Of a stretch of DNA of 47,500 bases, positions 1-9,197 are shown one piece after another. Each line of letters begins with the position of its first letter. Within the stretch, counting starts at the first letter, position 1. The translations under genes were made by a program, and so were the position numbers. The notes under the pieces were generated by a model that was not told the DNA's origin, did no database searches, and saw only the letters and a program-made list of their open reading frames with translations. The DNA is from a virus (Duplodnaviria; Caudoviricetes), in the IMG/VR virus record IMGVR_UViG_3300037264_002141, positions 1 to 47,500 of that record; one strand, given 5' to 3'.

Positions 1-32
1 TCGACGGGCCGGAACCACGTGAGGTCCCGGCC
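1..32. repeat. Terminal 32-bp direct repeat (copy 1); circular-assembly overlap
   Basis: tcgacgggccggaaccacgtgaggtcccggcc is identical to 47469-47500, and gene order is continuous across the junction (cement gene, then the 125-aa gene). Confidence 0.95.
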
Positions 33-39
33 CGTCGAC
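1..39 (-). terminator. GC-rich hairpin downstream of the cement gene (weak terminator or mRNA-stabilising stem)
   Basis: tcgacgggccgg (1-12) pairs with ccggcccgtcga (27-38). On the minus strand it is followed across the junction by ctccctttct. Confidence 0.5.
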
Positions 40-47
40 CCACGATG

Positions 48-494
48 CTACGAAATCGTGTAGCCCTTCGCGTAAGGCTTCGGCTGCACAGAGAACATGC
101 TGAACGGCACGAGCCAGGCCGAGACCGTGACCGTGGCATTGCCGCCCGCCGGCGTGATCCGCACGCCGAGATACTGCAGAGCCCCGGCCGCCGGCGCGTT
201 CGGCGGGATCCCGAGGAAGAGGAGGCCACCGGCCGGCAGATCCGCCGCCAGGCGCGTAGCCTCGGCCAGGACGATGATCCCCGCGGTGAGGACGTCGTCG
301 GTGGCCTGAATGATCTCGAGTTTGACCGTCGTGCAGCTCGCCGCGACGTCCACGCCGAAGGCGAATCCCATCGGTTCACCCGTGCCGATCACCCGCTTCG
401 GCACACTGGCGCCGAGGTTGATGGAACTCGCCGAGACAGCCGCGGCGACGAACGCCTGCGCGTCACAGACGAGGTTGAGCGCGTCGATATACAT
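48..494 (-). CDS. Capsid cement/decoration protein (BPP-1 Bbp16-like)
   Basis: N-terminus MYIDALNLVCDAQA..A.SASSINLG and a C-terminal YLGVR..GGNATVTVSAWL pattern; lies directly after the MCP; AGGAGA RBS. Confidence 0.8.
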   Translation of the reverse strand: MYIDALNLVCDAQAFVAAAVSASSINLGASVPKRVIGTGEPMGFAFGVDVAASCTTVKLEIIQATDDVLTAGIIVLAEATRLAADLPAGGLLFLGIPPNAPAAGALQYLGVRITPAGGNATVTVSAWLVPFSMFSVQPKPYAKGYTIS

Positions 495-526
495 GGTGTC
501 TCTCTCCTCGAACCGAGTTGAACCTC

Positions 527-548
527 GGGGCGCCCGGGTGGGCGCCCC
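527..548 (-). other. 9-bp GC hairpin between MCP and cement genes
   Basis: ggggcgccc-gggt-gggcgcccc with no U-tract. Confidence 0.55.
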
Positions 549-563
549 TCACGCGTGCTCAGG

Positions 564-1568
564 TTACGCGACGGTCGCTTCGTTCTCGAGGAGCGCGTCG
601 CACTTGTTGATCGGGATGCCCCGGAACGTCGGGCGCATGACCCCGTCAATGTTCTCGAAGGTGAAGCCGCCGCCCGACCCGACGTCGTCGCGGCGTTGAA
701 TGTCCATCATCTCGTAGCAGGTCCGGTTCATGTAGAACGCGGGTTTGCCGAGACCGAGGGCCGGGATCCGGTGGATCGCCTTGATCATCAGCTCCGTGAG
801 ATCCGCCGCGCTCACCTTGGCGACGAGGTTGCTGATGTCGATGTTGCAGATCCGGACCGCATACCGCCAGTCCTTGAGCACGAGCCCCGCCTTCCACTGC
901 CACCGCTCCTGGAGCGCCCGCATCCGCGAGCCGGCGATGCCCGCCGTCATCTCGACGGTGACTTCGCCGTAGTCCTCATGAATGAGCCCCGCCTTCGAGC
1001 CCTTCGGGAAGATCCCGACGACGGTGTTTTCACCCCAGACGATGAGCCAGATGCTCGAGTTGTCCGATCCGACTCCGCCCCCGCTGAGGACGTGCGAGCC
1101 GTTCGTCGCCCCGGCGATGGCCGAGTAGCGCGGCGCCAAGCCGAGGAACTCCTCCGGCGCGAGTCCGCTGTTCCCAAGGAACAGGGTCGACGCCATTTCC
1201 TGATTCATCGCTTCGAGGAACGCCCGCGCTTCGGAGAGCCGGAACGCGGCGACGTTGCCGTTGAGGATCGCGAGATCCTTGTCGACTTCTGACCACGCCT
1301 CGAGCATGCCCGCCTGCTCGTCGACCTGCGCGGTCGTGCTCTTCGACGGTGTCACACCCTGGTTGAGCAGACGCCAGGCGACGGTCGGGAGGCCGGTCCG
1401 GATCGTCGTCCGGTGTCCGGTCGGGAGGTTGCCTTCGATCCACCGCATGTCGGTGAGGATCTCGTTCGTCTGGCTCAGCAACTCGACAATCGTCGGGACC
1501 TTCCCGTCCGGGTCGAGCCGCTTCGCCCAATCGGCGAGCGTCAGCGCGCCGATGCTAAGTGCGGCCAT
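564..1568 (-). CDS. Major capsid protein (HK97 fold; BPP-1 Bbp17/epsilon15 gp7 family)
   Basis: TLADWAKRLDPDG..IVELLSQTNEILTDM.WIEGNLPTGHRTTIRTGLP and terminal FRGIPI..CDALL.NEATV are family hallmarks. Confidence 0.95.
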   Translation of the reverse strand: MAALSIGALTLADWAKRLDPDGKVPTIVELLSQTNEILTDMRWIEGNLPTGHRTTIRTGLPTVAWRLLNQGVTPSKSTTAQVDEQAGMLEAWSEVDKDLAILNGNVAAFRLSEARAFLEAMNQEMASTLFLGNSGLAPEEFLGLAPRYSAIAGATNGSHVLSGGGVGSDNSSIWLIVWGENTVVGIFPKGSKAGLIHEDYGEVTVEMTAGIAGSRMRALQERWQWKAGLVLKDWRYAVRICNIDISNLVAKVSAADLTELMIKAIHRIPALGLGKPAFYMNRTCYEMMDIQRRDDVGSGGGFTFENIDGVMRPTFRGIPINKCDALLENEATVA

Positions 1569-1586
1569 GTGTGCCTCTTCGCGATG

Positions 1587-2213
1587 CTACGCGGACTTGT
1601 CCGGTCCGTAGAGCACCTCTTCGGGCGAACGCTTGCCGCTCGCCCGCGAGCTGCTCGAGCCCGGCGGGTTGTCCTCGCGCATCAGTTTGCCGAGGTCAGC
1701 CAGGAAGCTGAACATCTCGATATGGTTGCCAATGCCGGTTTTCGTGAGCAGGCGACGGAAGCTCTCCGCCCGCGGATGCCCCTTCGGGCGCACCTTGGCG
1801 AGGACCTGTTCGGCGAGCTGCTGACTCTCCGCGAGCTGGGCGCCGCCGTAGACCGGATCCGCTTCGGTGTCGGTGCGGAACGCGGTCAGCTTCGTGCTCA
1901 GGGCGCCGGCCCGATCCTCGAGAAAGCCCTGTGCCTCCTCATTCGTCCAGGCGTTCTCTTTGGCGAGCGCGGCGATCTCCTCGAGGTCGGCCGCGTCGAC
2001 AAAGGTTTCCGAGCCCTTCGGGATGCTCAGCTCGTAATGGTCGGGCGCCTTCGAGGCGGCGGCTGCCGCTCCGGCCGTGCTCCCGTCTGCGGGCTGACTG
2101 CCATCAGGCTTCTTGGCGGCGGCGGCGGCGGCTGCCGCGTCTGCCGTCGCCTTCGCTGCTGCGACTGCCGCGGCGTCGGGTGTCACCTGAGCCGCGGGGG
2201 TGGTGTCAGGCAT
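1587..2213 (-). CDS. Capsid scaffolding protein (Bbp18-like)
   Basis: Ala/Pro-rich N-terminus, APDHYEL, GIGNHIEM..FLADLGK.MRED and terminal EEVLYG; immediately upstream of the MCP. Start moved to ATG 2213 behind AGGAGA. Confidence 0.8.
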   Translation of the reverse strand: MPDTTPAAQVTPDAAAVAAAKATADAAAAAAAAKKPDGSQPADGSTAGAAAAASKAPDHYELSIPKGSETFVDAADLEEIAALAKENAWTNEEAQGFLEDRAGALSTKLTAFRTDTEADPVYGGAQLAESQQLAEQVLAKVRPKGHPRAESFRRLLTKTGIGNHIEMFSFLADLGKLMREDNPPGSSSSRASGKRSPEEVLYGPDKSA

Positions 2214-2589
2214 GTGATCTCTCCTGCTCGTGGGCGCGTGGTGTGTGTGTCGCGTCGATCTCACGGTTACGAGCGCGCAGTCGCGCCCGCGCTTCCCGTT
2301 CCATGAGCTGATACGCCTCCTCGTCCACTTCGAGTAGGAGCGCCATCAGCTCGTGCCCGAAATCCTGGCGGCCGGCGTTGTAGTGAATCGCCGCGGACGG
2401 ATGCCAGACGCTCTTGTAGACGCCCGCGCGCTCGAGCAGACCCCAGAACACGAACCGTCCCTCAAGGGTCTGGAACACCGCCTTGACCGCCGCCCGCTCG
2501 AGCGCCGCTTGATCGCGCTCCTTGCGAGCGGCGAACCGGACCTGTTGGGGGTCCGCGGTGTTCCGAACGAGCGCGCGGTCTCCGTTCAC
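2206..2589 (-). CDS. Bbp19-like head-module protein
   Basis: VFQTLEGRFVFWGLLERAGVY...YNAGRQDFG; lies between portal and scaffold. Confidence 0.75.
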   Translation of the reverse strand: MNGDRALVRNTADPQQVRFAARKERDQAALERAAVKAVFQTLEGRFVFWGLLERAGVYKSVWHPSAAIHYNAGRQDFGHELMALLLEVDEEAYQLMEREARARLRARNREIDATHTPRAHEQERSHA

Positions 2590-2590
2590 G

Positions 2591-3424
2591 TTACACGTCC
2601 CCGAGGTTCATCCAGGTAATGGTCACGGTGCCGTTGATGAGGACGGTCGCGTCCCCGTCGATGTCGTCGGCGGTCGCGATTCCGATGTTCAGGAAGGCGT
2701 CGACCGGCGTCGTGCAGCCGTCGAGTTGCAGCGCCGCGGCGAGCTGGCCCGGGCTGGCCGCGCCCGTCACGTTGATCGTCGCGCTCGAGACCCCGTTCGT
2801 CGTCGGGATGATGTCCTGTTCGGTCGTGGCGAGTGTGCCGCCGGCCTGGGTCGTCGAGCCGAGACCCCAGTTGTAGGTCTTGCCGGTGTTCAAGGTGTTC
2901 GCCAGGATGGACGTCACGACCATTGCGATCGATCCGACCGCCCCAAGGATCGCGATGCGTCCCTCGGGAAAGGCGTAGATCTTCGCGCCCTGGCCCGTCT
3001 CCGTGTTCCGTAGGGTGATCGGGAAGTTGCCGAGCACGATCGTCGTCTGATGGACGATGTCGTTGCCCGCCTCTACCACCGACACCCCCGACACGCCCTG
3101 GCCGATCCCGGTCCGCACTGTGCTCGCCGGCACTGACCCCAGACCGCACACGGCGGTCCCTGTCATCGCCGTTGTGGAACGGAACCGCAGCAGCACGCTC
3201 CGCGTTCCGATGTTCGAGACGACACCCGCGCCAGACGTGCTCGTCACGCTGACGGCCGCGCCGGCACTGTTGTCGATACTCTCCCAGTTCGCGTCGCCCT
3301 TCTTGCACTGCTCGAGGACGATCGTCCCGGTGTAGGTCCCGGTGATGCTGTAGCCGGCGCGATCGCCGGGTTTCAGCAGGTGATGGAGACTCTCGCCGGC
3401 CGCGGTGAACGATTTACTAATCAT
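2591..3424 (-). CDS. Hypothetical Thr/Gly-rich beta-strand protein, probable virion decoration
   Basis: AGGAGG RBS before ATG 3424; composition and position in the head operon. Confidence 0.6.
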   Translation of the reverse strand: MISKSFTAAGESLHHLLKPGDRAGYSITGTYTGTIVLEQCKKGDANWESIDNSAGAAVSVTSTSGAGVVSNIGTRSVLLRFRSTTAMTGTAVCGLGSVPASTVRTGIGQGVSGVSVVEAGNDIVHQTTIVLGNFPITLRNTETGQGAKIYAFPEGRIAILGAVGSIAMVVTSILANTLNTGKTYNWGLGSTTQAGGTLATTEQDIIPTTNGVSSATINVTGAASPGQLAAALQLDGCTTPVDAFLNIGIATADDIDGDATVLINGTVTITWMNLGDV

Positions 3425-3437
3425 TGCTGTGCTCCTC

Positions 3438-5165
3438 CTACTGGCCGCCCATGCCGGCCACGACCCGGTCAAGGGCCGAGTCGGTCCCCATCTTCGCCTG
3501 GCTCGCGCGTTGCAGCGCCGTCGCGACCTGTGTCGCCTGCTCGGCCTCTGCCTGTGCCTGCGCCGCCGCCGCCTGCGCCGCGAGAATCTGATCGGCCTCT
3601 TCGTCGGTGCGAATGATCTTCGGGTTGACGCCGAGCATGTCCCCGTAGCTGTTCACGACGGCTTTCATGTTGATCTTTGCGCGGACTTCCGGGTCCTCCG
3701 CCATCGGGAACAGGGATTGCAACAGGCGGTCCTGACCCGTCACGCCGACGAGTTTCTGCGCCTGGCTCAGAATCGAGAGATACTCCGCCTTGACTTGCAC
3801 ACCTTGCAACTCCGGCGGAGGCAGGAGATCGTCGTCGCTAAAGAAGCCGCTCACGAGCATGAGGTCGAAGACGCGATCGATGAGCGGATCGAGCAGTTCG
3901 TCGTTGGTCCGTTCGAGCACCGGCCCGAGAGCGATCAGCTTCTCCTCGTGGCGCTCCTCGACTTCCCGCGCGGTCACAGGTTGCTGACCACGGAACGGGT
4001 CGGAGGTCCCGAGCATGAGGAAGAGGTCCTCGAAGAATGCGCGCTTGATCCGATACTCCACCGCTTGGATGTCGAAGGCGAGATGCTGCAGGTTGAGCGA
4101 CACGTCATACATGGACCGCACGCCCTGCATGCCCTCCCGCACGTCGACATAGGTGATGTCGCCCGGGAGTGTGCTCGTCTTCTGGGTCCGCAGAGAGGTC
4201 GGGCCGACGACCGGCGGATCGACCATCTTCGCCAGGGCCTGGCCCTTGCGGCGTTCCATGATCTGGAGCTGCTTGACGTCGCCGAGCGCGTCCATGCCCG
4301 GGCAACTCGTGCCGTAACTGTCTTCTCCCGTGACGTCCCACCGCGGCGCCATGATCGGAAAGACGCGGAACCCGGACTCTCGCAGGAACTTCCCTTCACT
4401 CGAGCCCGTCTCGAAGTGGCAACTCGCCCACGGCAGGTATTTGGCCGCGAGCCGCGTCGGGTCGGCCGCTTCGTTCGGCAACACGATCCACGTCACGTCG
4501 ATCGCGCTCTCGTAGTCTCCGCCCTCCCAGAGGTTCCGCACCGTCGTCGAGATCGTCGTCCAGTCGATGTCTCGCCCGTTCGCCTGCAGCCCGAACTCCT
4601 CGACGATCTGCCGCACCGTGAGCTGATAGTCACGGACGAACGTCGTGACCCGCCCCCGGCGATCCATCCCGAGCGCGTAGCTCCCCACCGGGAATTGGAG
4701 CGCGCGGAACAGCTCGACGTTGTCCTCGACGATCGCCATCGCGCCCGTCGCGAAGACCGCCATGTCGCCATAGACAATCGGGAGGACGTTGTAGAGGTTT
4801 GAGACGGAGAACAGCGTGAGCATGCGCTGCGTGACCTGGTAGAGCCAGGCTTTCACCGGCGGATGCTCAGCGAGGTCGGTGTCCGGCGTCGTGAGTTTCA
4901 GCCAGGGACGCGCCGGCGAGGTCAGGCCCGCGTGCAGCCCGCTCTGGAGCGTGCGCGCGGCGAACCGGCCCGTTGAATTGATGATGTTCTGGTTCCGCTT
5001 GTCGCCGCGGTTGCGATCGCCCGTCCAGAACCGCGTGCGTCGCGGGAAGTAGAAGCTCGCCAGCTCCTGCCAATGCGCGTCGAAGGTCGACCGTTCCGTC
5101 CAGAGGGCAGCCCGGAGCTGCTCGTAGCGGTTGCGCTTCGTGACGGCGTCGACGTAGACAGGCAT
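3438..5165 (-). CDS. Portal (head-tail connector) protein, Bbp21/T7 gp8-like
   Basis: LQSGLHAGLTSPARPW, YGTSCPGMDALGDVKQLQ, TAREVEERHEEKL..LGPVLER..ELLDPLIDR; 575 aa. Confidence 0.95.
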   Translation of the reverse strand: MPVYVDAVTKRNRYEQLRAALWTERSTFDAHWQELASFYFPRRTRFWTGDRNRGDKRNQNIINSTGRFAARTLQSGLHAGLTSPARPWLKLTTPDTDLAEHPPVKAWLYQVTQRMLTLFSVSNLYNVLPIVYGDMAVFATGAMAIVEDNVELFRALQFPVGSYALGMDRRGRVTTFVRDYQLTVRQIVEEFGLQANGRDIDWTTISTTVRNLWEGGDYESAIDVTWIVLPNEAADPTRLAAKYLPWASCHFETGSSEGKFLRESGFRVFPIMAPRWDVTGEDSYGTSCPGMDALGDVKQLQIMERRKGQALAKMVDPPVVGPTSLRTQKTSTLPGDITYVDVREGMQGVRSMYDVSLNLQHLAFDIQAVEYRIKRAFFEDLFLMLGTSDPFRGQQPVTAREVEERHEEKLIALGPVLERTNDELLDPLIDRVFDLMLVSGFFSDDDLLPPPELQGVQVKAEYLSILSQAQKLVGVTGQDRLLQSLFPMAEDPEVRAKINMKAVVNSYGDMLGVNPKIIRTDEEADQILAAQAAAAQAQAEAEQATQVATALQRASQAKMGTDSALDRVVAGMGGQ

Positions 5166-5167
5166 CG

Positions 5168-5536
5168 TCAGCTACCGATCAGCATCTTCGGTTGCAGCAC
5201 CGCCCGCGGTCCCGTCTTCCCGGTGTAGGCGCCGCTGAGGACCGACCCGCTCGCGGCGGCGCGCTTGCGTGCCTTGTCCCGCGCGCCCTGTGCGCTCAGT
5301 GTGGCGGCGCTTGCCGCGACCGTCGCGGAAGGGGGAGGTTGAGGCGCCGTGAGGGGCGGGAGCGCCGCCTGCTGCGCCGCATAGTCAGCTCGAGAGATTG
5401 CCTGCCCGGTGATGGGAGCGTCGCCCCGGCTCCGCGTGCTCACCCCGACCGTCCGACCCTTGCCTGACGGTTTCGCGGCCCACGCGCCAGCCGCCGCCAG
5501 GCCGACGAGGGCAAGCGTTGTGCTGAGTGCCGCCAT
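5168..5536 (-). CDS. Small virion/ejection-associated protein upstream of portal
   Basis: Hydrophobic N-terminus, Ala/Arg-rich body, C-terminal KMLIGS; typical slot between GNAT and portal. Confidence 0.55.
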   Translation of the reverse strand: MAALSTTLALVGLAAAGAWAAKPSGKGRTVGVSTRSRGDAPITGQAISRADYAAQQAALPPLTAPQPPPSATVAASAATLSAQGARDKARKRAAASGSVLSGAYTGKTGPRAVLQPKMLIGS

Positions 5537-5970
5537 TACAACCTCTTGAGGTAGGACGTCTCGATCGGCACGTAGCCCCGGCGTTCGTAGAACTTCCCGA
5601 CCGCCGTTTCGTTCGGTGCGACCATTCTAAGCGCCGTGACGCCTTTTGTCACTGTCCAATTTTCGACAGTCTGCAGCAGACGCGGCCCAAGGCTGCCTGA
5701 CCGATACTCAGGTTCCACCCACCACACGACCTCATCCGCGTAGGGCTCGCCGGTCAGGGGATGCGGGGCGACGACCACGGCGAGCATGCCGACCAGGCGG
5801 CCGGCCTCCTCCGCGACGTAGGCGACGCCATGCTCGAGAACCACAGCCAGGATCCAGCCGAGGGCCTCCGGCGTCGACGGGAAGGCCGCGTAGCCGGTGG
5901 TCGCAATGAACCTGAGCCCCATCGCCACCATCCCCGGCTGGTCGTCGTGTGTGGCCTGCCGGATCCTCAC
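5536..5970 (-). CDS. GNAT-family acetyltransferase
   Basis: MRIRQAT, VEPEYRSGSLGPRLL (motif A), KFYERRGY (motif B). Confidence 0.9.
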   Translation of the reverse strand: MRIRQATHDDQPGMVAMGLRFIATTGYAAFPSTPEALGWILAVVLEHGVAYVAEEAGRLVGMLAVVVAPHPLTGEPYADEVVWWVEPEYRSGSLGPRLLQTVENWTVTKGVTALRMVAPNETAVGKFYERRGYVPIETSYLKRL

Positions 5971-6221
5971 TGACGGCCTCGAGGGCGCCAGAGAGGGCCA
6001 CAGCGGAGGGCGTCGAGCATGCCCCGGAGCGCTGGCGGCCGTTCCGGCGGCGCGGGTGTCACCAGAAGGCAGTCGAGACGCTCGAGGAGGTCGGTCTGGC
6101 GTCGGGCGGACCGATCGTCGTGTTCCTTGAGGAGGGCCTCGAGCCGTTCAAGCGCGCCGCCGATCCCCTTGAGCGCCTGGCCGATCGCGGACAACGCCGC
6201 CAGATGATCCCCGTGTCCCAT
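5967..6221 (-). CDS. Hypothetical protein
   Basis: GGAGG RBS; coupled to the GNAT start by a GTGA overlap. Confidence 0.55.
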   Translation of the reverse strand: MGHGDHLAALSAIGQALKGIGGALERLEALLKEHDDRSARRQTDLLERLDCLLVTPAPPERPPALRGMLDALRCGPLWRPRGRQ

Positions 6222-6225
6222 GCGA

Positions 6226-6375
6226 CTACCTCCGGCGCTTGTTTTGCGCCATCTTCAACGCGATCGCGACGTTCTGCGCGTGCGTCCGCTTCCGGCCGCG
6301 CTTTGTGCGCGAGTGACTCAACTCGTGAATGTTGCGCGCGATCGTCTTCCGACTCCGACCTTTCGTGAGGGGCAT
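6226..6375 (-). CDS. Small basic phage protein (MPLxKGxS..TI..NI...VAIAL family)
   Basis: MPLTKGRSRKTIARNIHEL...AQNVAIAL; AAGGAGG RBS before ATG 6375. Confidence 0.7.
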   Translation of the reverse strand: MPLTKGRSRKTIARNIHELSHSRTKRGRKRTHAQNVAIALKMAQNKRRR

Positions 6376-6423
6376 CGCGCCCTCCTTTCGGCGTGACGAC
6401 GCTCTCCGTCGCCGCGCCATCGC

Positions 6424-6684
6424 TCAGAAGTGGATCTGGATCTTCTTGACCGGGAACGTCTCGCCGGCCGCCTGGCACGCCTTGATGAAGGCGCGCTCGG
6501 CGTAGTTTGGTGTGCCGATCGTCACCAGGAACGTCTGCTGCCGGCTCCCTCGATGACGGCGTCCCTGCCGCGTGGCTTTAACGGTCAGGTCCGGCGCGAG
6601 ATACTTCGTCACCTTGCGGGCGTCGGCGTCCAGCAGCGTCTCGAGCAACCGGCCGACCAGTGCCCGGCCAATCGCGTGTGTCAT
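6424..6684 (-). CDS. Hypothetical protein
   Basis: AAGGAGA RBS; 86 aa with normal codon usage. Confidence 0.65.
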   Translation of the reverse strand: MTHAIGRALVGRLLETLLDADARKVTKYLAPDLTVKATRQGRRHRGSRQQTFLVTIGTPNYAERAFIKACQAAGETFPVKKIQIHF

Positions 6685-6776
6685 GTCGTTCTCCTTACCG
6701 CGGCAATCCTACCAGGAACGCGCGGACCTTCTCTTCCTCTCTCCGGTGCCCATGATCGCCGCGTCGAGTCGCTCAT
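6681..6776 (-). CDS. Possible 31-aa peptide
   Basis: ATGA overlaps with both the terL stop and the next start; no recognisable homology. Confidence 0.3.
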   Translation of the reverse strand: MSDSTRRSWAPERGREGPRVPGRIAAVRRTT

Positions 6777-8272
6777 GTAGTTCCATCGCTGTCTCCTCTT
6801 GTTGTCCACGGGTCGAAGCCTGGCTGGTCCGGCGGCTCCTCCGCCGGCAGGACATACGGGTCGAAGTCGTGTGACGCCTTCTGGATCTTCTTGAGGCGCT
6901 CGATCACGTCGCCCGGCATATCCTCGAGGGCGTAGGTCAAGAAATACGCGTCGGCCAGGTCGGGCGAGCGCCCGAGCCGTTCCTTGATCTGGTCCTTCTC
7001 CTCGAGCTGGAACACGCCGTTGACGAACGTGTAGGTCGGTTCGGTCAGCTCCCCAATCATGTCCGGCAAGGGTGGGAGCGCGGCGCCGCCGCGGATCGCC
7101 TCGGCGCCCTTGATCCACATTTCCGCGCGCCTGTTCCGATACCGCGGGTTGAGTGCCCGACCGGCGAAGTTGATCCCGATCGCTGGGATCCCAGCCGTGA
7201 TGAGGTTGTCGATGACGCCGTGTCCCCAATGCCCGGTGTCGTCGATCAGCTCCAGCTCCGAGCGCCAGCGCCGCTTACACACCATGATCCGCGCCGCGAT
7301 GTCCGTCGTCCGCGCGTTCCGCATGATGATCGGCCGGAAACTCGCGAGCCCCTGCCGCGGGAAGATGACCGTCCGATCGTCGCCGAACCTGGCGACATCG
7401 ACGCCGAGCCGTCGCTGCGCCCAGGTGTATTCATCGTCGCGTAGGTGTCGCTGCATCGCCTTCTCGACTTCCTCGAGGCCGAGTAGCGCGTTGATGCTCG
7501 AAGGCGGGAACTCGCCGAGCACGTTCACCATGACCCACGGGTTGTCTCGACCGTAGGCGGCGATCTGCTCACGCGCCCACTGGAGCGCGATGCGGGACGA
7601 TCGCTTCGGGTTGTCCGGGTCCCCTGTGATGGTGATGACCTCCCAGAGACCGCGGTCCAGGTTACACGCCCGATAGAGCGGGCCGGTGGTGTGCGTCGGG
7701 TTGCCGGCTTGGACGACCTTGGCTTCACTGCCCGCCGTCGAGAGGACGGCTTCCGCCGTGACCATGACCGCCTGCGGGATCCCGCCGCTCTCGTCGAGGA
7801 CGAAAAGAACATGATCCGCGTGCAGTCCGGCCAGAGCGTCGGCCTGCGCTTCCGGATCCCCACTCTTCGGCCAGGACCGTTTGACCGCGAACCAGTTAGC
7901 CGGCGAGGCCCGGCGCGCGATCGTCGTGCGCGACCAGACGAACGTCTCCGACAGCAGCGCCGAGCGACTCATCCACTTGTTGCACTCCGGCCAGAGGTTC
8001 GTGTCGATGTTGGCTTCCGTGATCGACGTGGCGCCGACCTTGGCCTGCCAGCGCGTGAGGAGAAACCAGAGGATGATCCACGCGAGGAGCGTCGTCTTGC
8101 CGGGACCCTTGCAGGCTTTCAGCGCCAGGCGGCGCGTCGACCGCTTCGCAATGAGATGGAGCGCGTCGTCTTGCCAGGCGTCCGGCACGACGCCGAACAA
8201 CTCGCGCACCATGCGCCAGGGCTCGCGGCCCCAGCGGGCGATCTGGCCGGTGACATACTCCCGCTCGGTCAT
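6773..8272 (-). CDS. terL: Terminase large subunit
   Basis: Walker A ACKGPGKT, Walker B FVLDESGG, GNPT coupling motif, nuclease motifs LGVDVARFGDD and SPDLADA. Confidence 0.95.
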   Translation of the reverse strand: MTEREYVTGQIARWGREPWRMVRELFGVVPDAWQDDALHLIAKRSTRRLALKACKGPGKTTLLAWIILWFLLTRWQAKVGATSITEANIDTNLWPECNKWMSRSALLSETFVWSRTTIARRASPANWFAVKRSWPKSGDPEAQADALAGLHADHVLFVLDESGGIPQAVMVTAEAVLSTAGSEAKVVQAGNPTHTTGPLYRACNLDRGLWEVITITGDPDNPKRSSRIALQWAREQIAAYGRDNPWVMVNVLGEFPPSSINALLGLEEVEKAMQRHLRDDEYTWAQRRLGVDVARFGDDRTVIFPRQGLASFRPIIMRNARTTDIAARIMVCKRRWRSELELIDDTGHWGHGVIDNLITAGIPAIGINFAGRALNPRYRNRRAEMWIKGAEAIRGGAALPPLPDMIGELTEPTYTFVNGVFQLEEKDQIKERLGRSPDLADAYFLTYALEDMPGDVIERLKKIQKASHDFDPYVLPAEEPPDQPGFDPWTTRGDSDGTT

Positions 8273-8970
8273 GTGACCGCCACGTCCCGAAGCATCGGGA
8301 GCGGTTGCTGCCGAAGGCGTTCCACGGCTTCGGCACAGTATCGCTCTTCGAGGTCGATCCCGATGACTCTCCGGCCAAGAGCGGCCGCAGCGTCAAGCGT
8401 CGAGCCTCCGCCCATGAACGGATCGACAACAAGGTCTCCCGGTTGTGTCGTCAAGCCGATCAGTTTCATAAGTAAGCCCCGCGGTTTTGAGACGGGGTGT
8501 CTGCGTTCAGATCTCGGCGTCGGTGTGAACCGCAGGATGTCACTCTCGCCCTTCGAACCATACCAGGACGACTCTAGCGCGCGGCCGTGAATCACGAACT
8601 CGTGCGTATGTCGCCAGGGATTCCCCATGCCGATGCGCCCCTTGTCCCACACGAGCGCCGACAGAGCAGCGAATCGCACATACAGAGGCGGATAGAACAC
8701 GGGATAGCTTTCATCGTCACAGAACACAAAGACGTTGCCAGTCGCCATCAGCCGTGGTCTGACGACATCTAGAAAGAGCGCCCACCATCGCGCGAGAATT
8801 GACGTGTCGGCCCAGGATCGCGGCCACTCCGACCGGGCGGCATAGTGCTGCGCCGGCATGAAAAACGCAGGATCTAGGATCATCGTCGCTGACAAGGGTA
8901 GGTCCGGAAGCAGGTCGAGGGCGTCCCCGTGGTAGATCGTGATCCCGCCCTGCTGGTAGTAAGGCGTCAC
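8269..8970 (-). CDS. Beta-class amino (N6A/N4C) DNA methyltransferase with atypical motif IV
   Basis: IYHGDALDLL, DPAF in place of DPPY, HPVSKP, VVDPFMGGGST, IGIDLEERY. Confidence 0.85.
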   Translation of the reverse strand: MTPYYQQGGITIYHGDALDLLPDLPLSATMILDPAFFMPAQHYAARSEWPRSWADTSILARWWALFLDVVRPRLMATGNVFVFCDDESYPVFYPPLYVRFAALSALVWDKGRIGMGNPWRHTHEFVIHGRALESSWYGSKGESDILRFTPTPRSERRHPVSKPRGLLMKLIGLTTQPGDLVVDPFMGGGSTLDAAAALGRRVIGIDLEERYCAEAVERLRQQPLPMLRDVAVT

Positions 8971-9197
8971 GGCTCGATGACCTCATACTCGACGCCGTTG
9001 ATGACCCGGATCTCAGGCGGCGAGTGGGGTGTCTCGCGCCAGCGCAACGTCTCGACGTGAGCGTTTCGCGCACGTGACCGATCGCCCTCTCCCCTGGCGC
9101 AGCCGGTGCAAAGCCCATGCGAGACCTGCGCCCATCGGCTGTGACACTTCCGGCACCGTCGCGCCGCCGGAATCGGGCCGGTCCTCCTGCGGGTCAT
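8967..9197 (-). CDS. Small zinc-finger protein
   Basis: CRKC...CTGC; coupled overlaps on both sides. Confidence 0.6.
   Translation of the reverse strand: MTRRRTGPIPAARRCRKCHSRWAQVSHGLCTGCARGEGDRSRARNAHVETLRWRETPHSPPEIRVINGVEYEVIEP

Noticed and set aside
1-32. Terminal repeat as a physical DTR or att site
   Set aside because: It is short, falls within a hairpin mid-operon, and there is no integrase; a circular-contig overlap explains it best.
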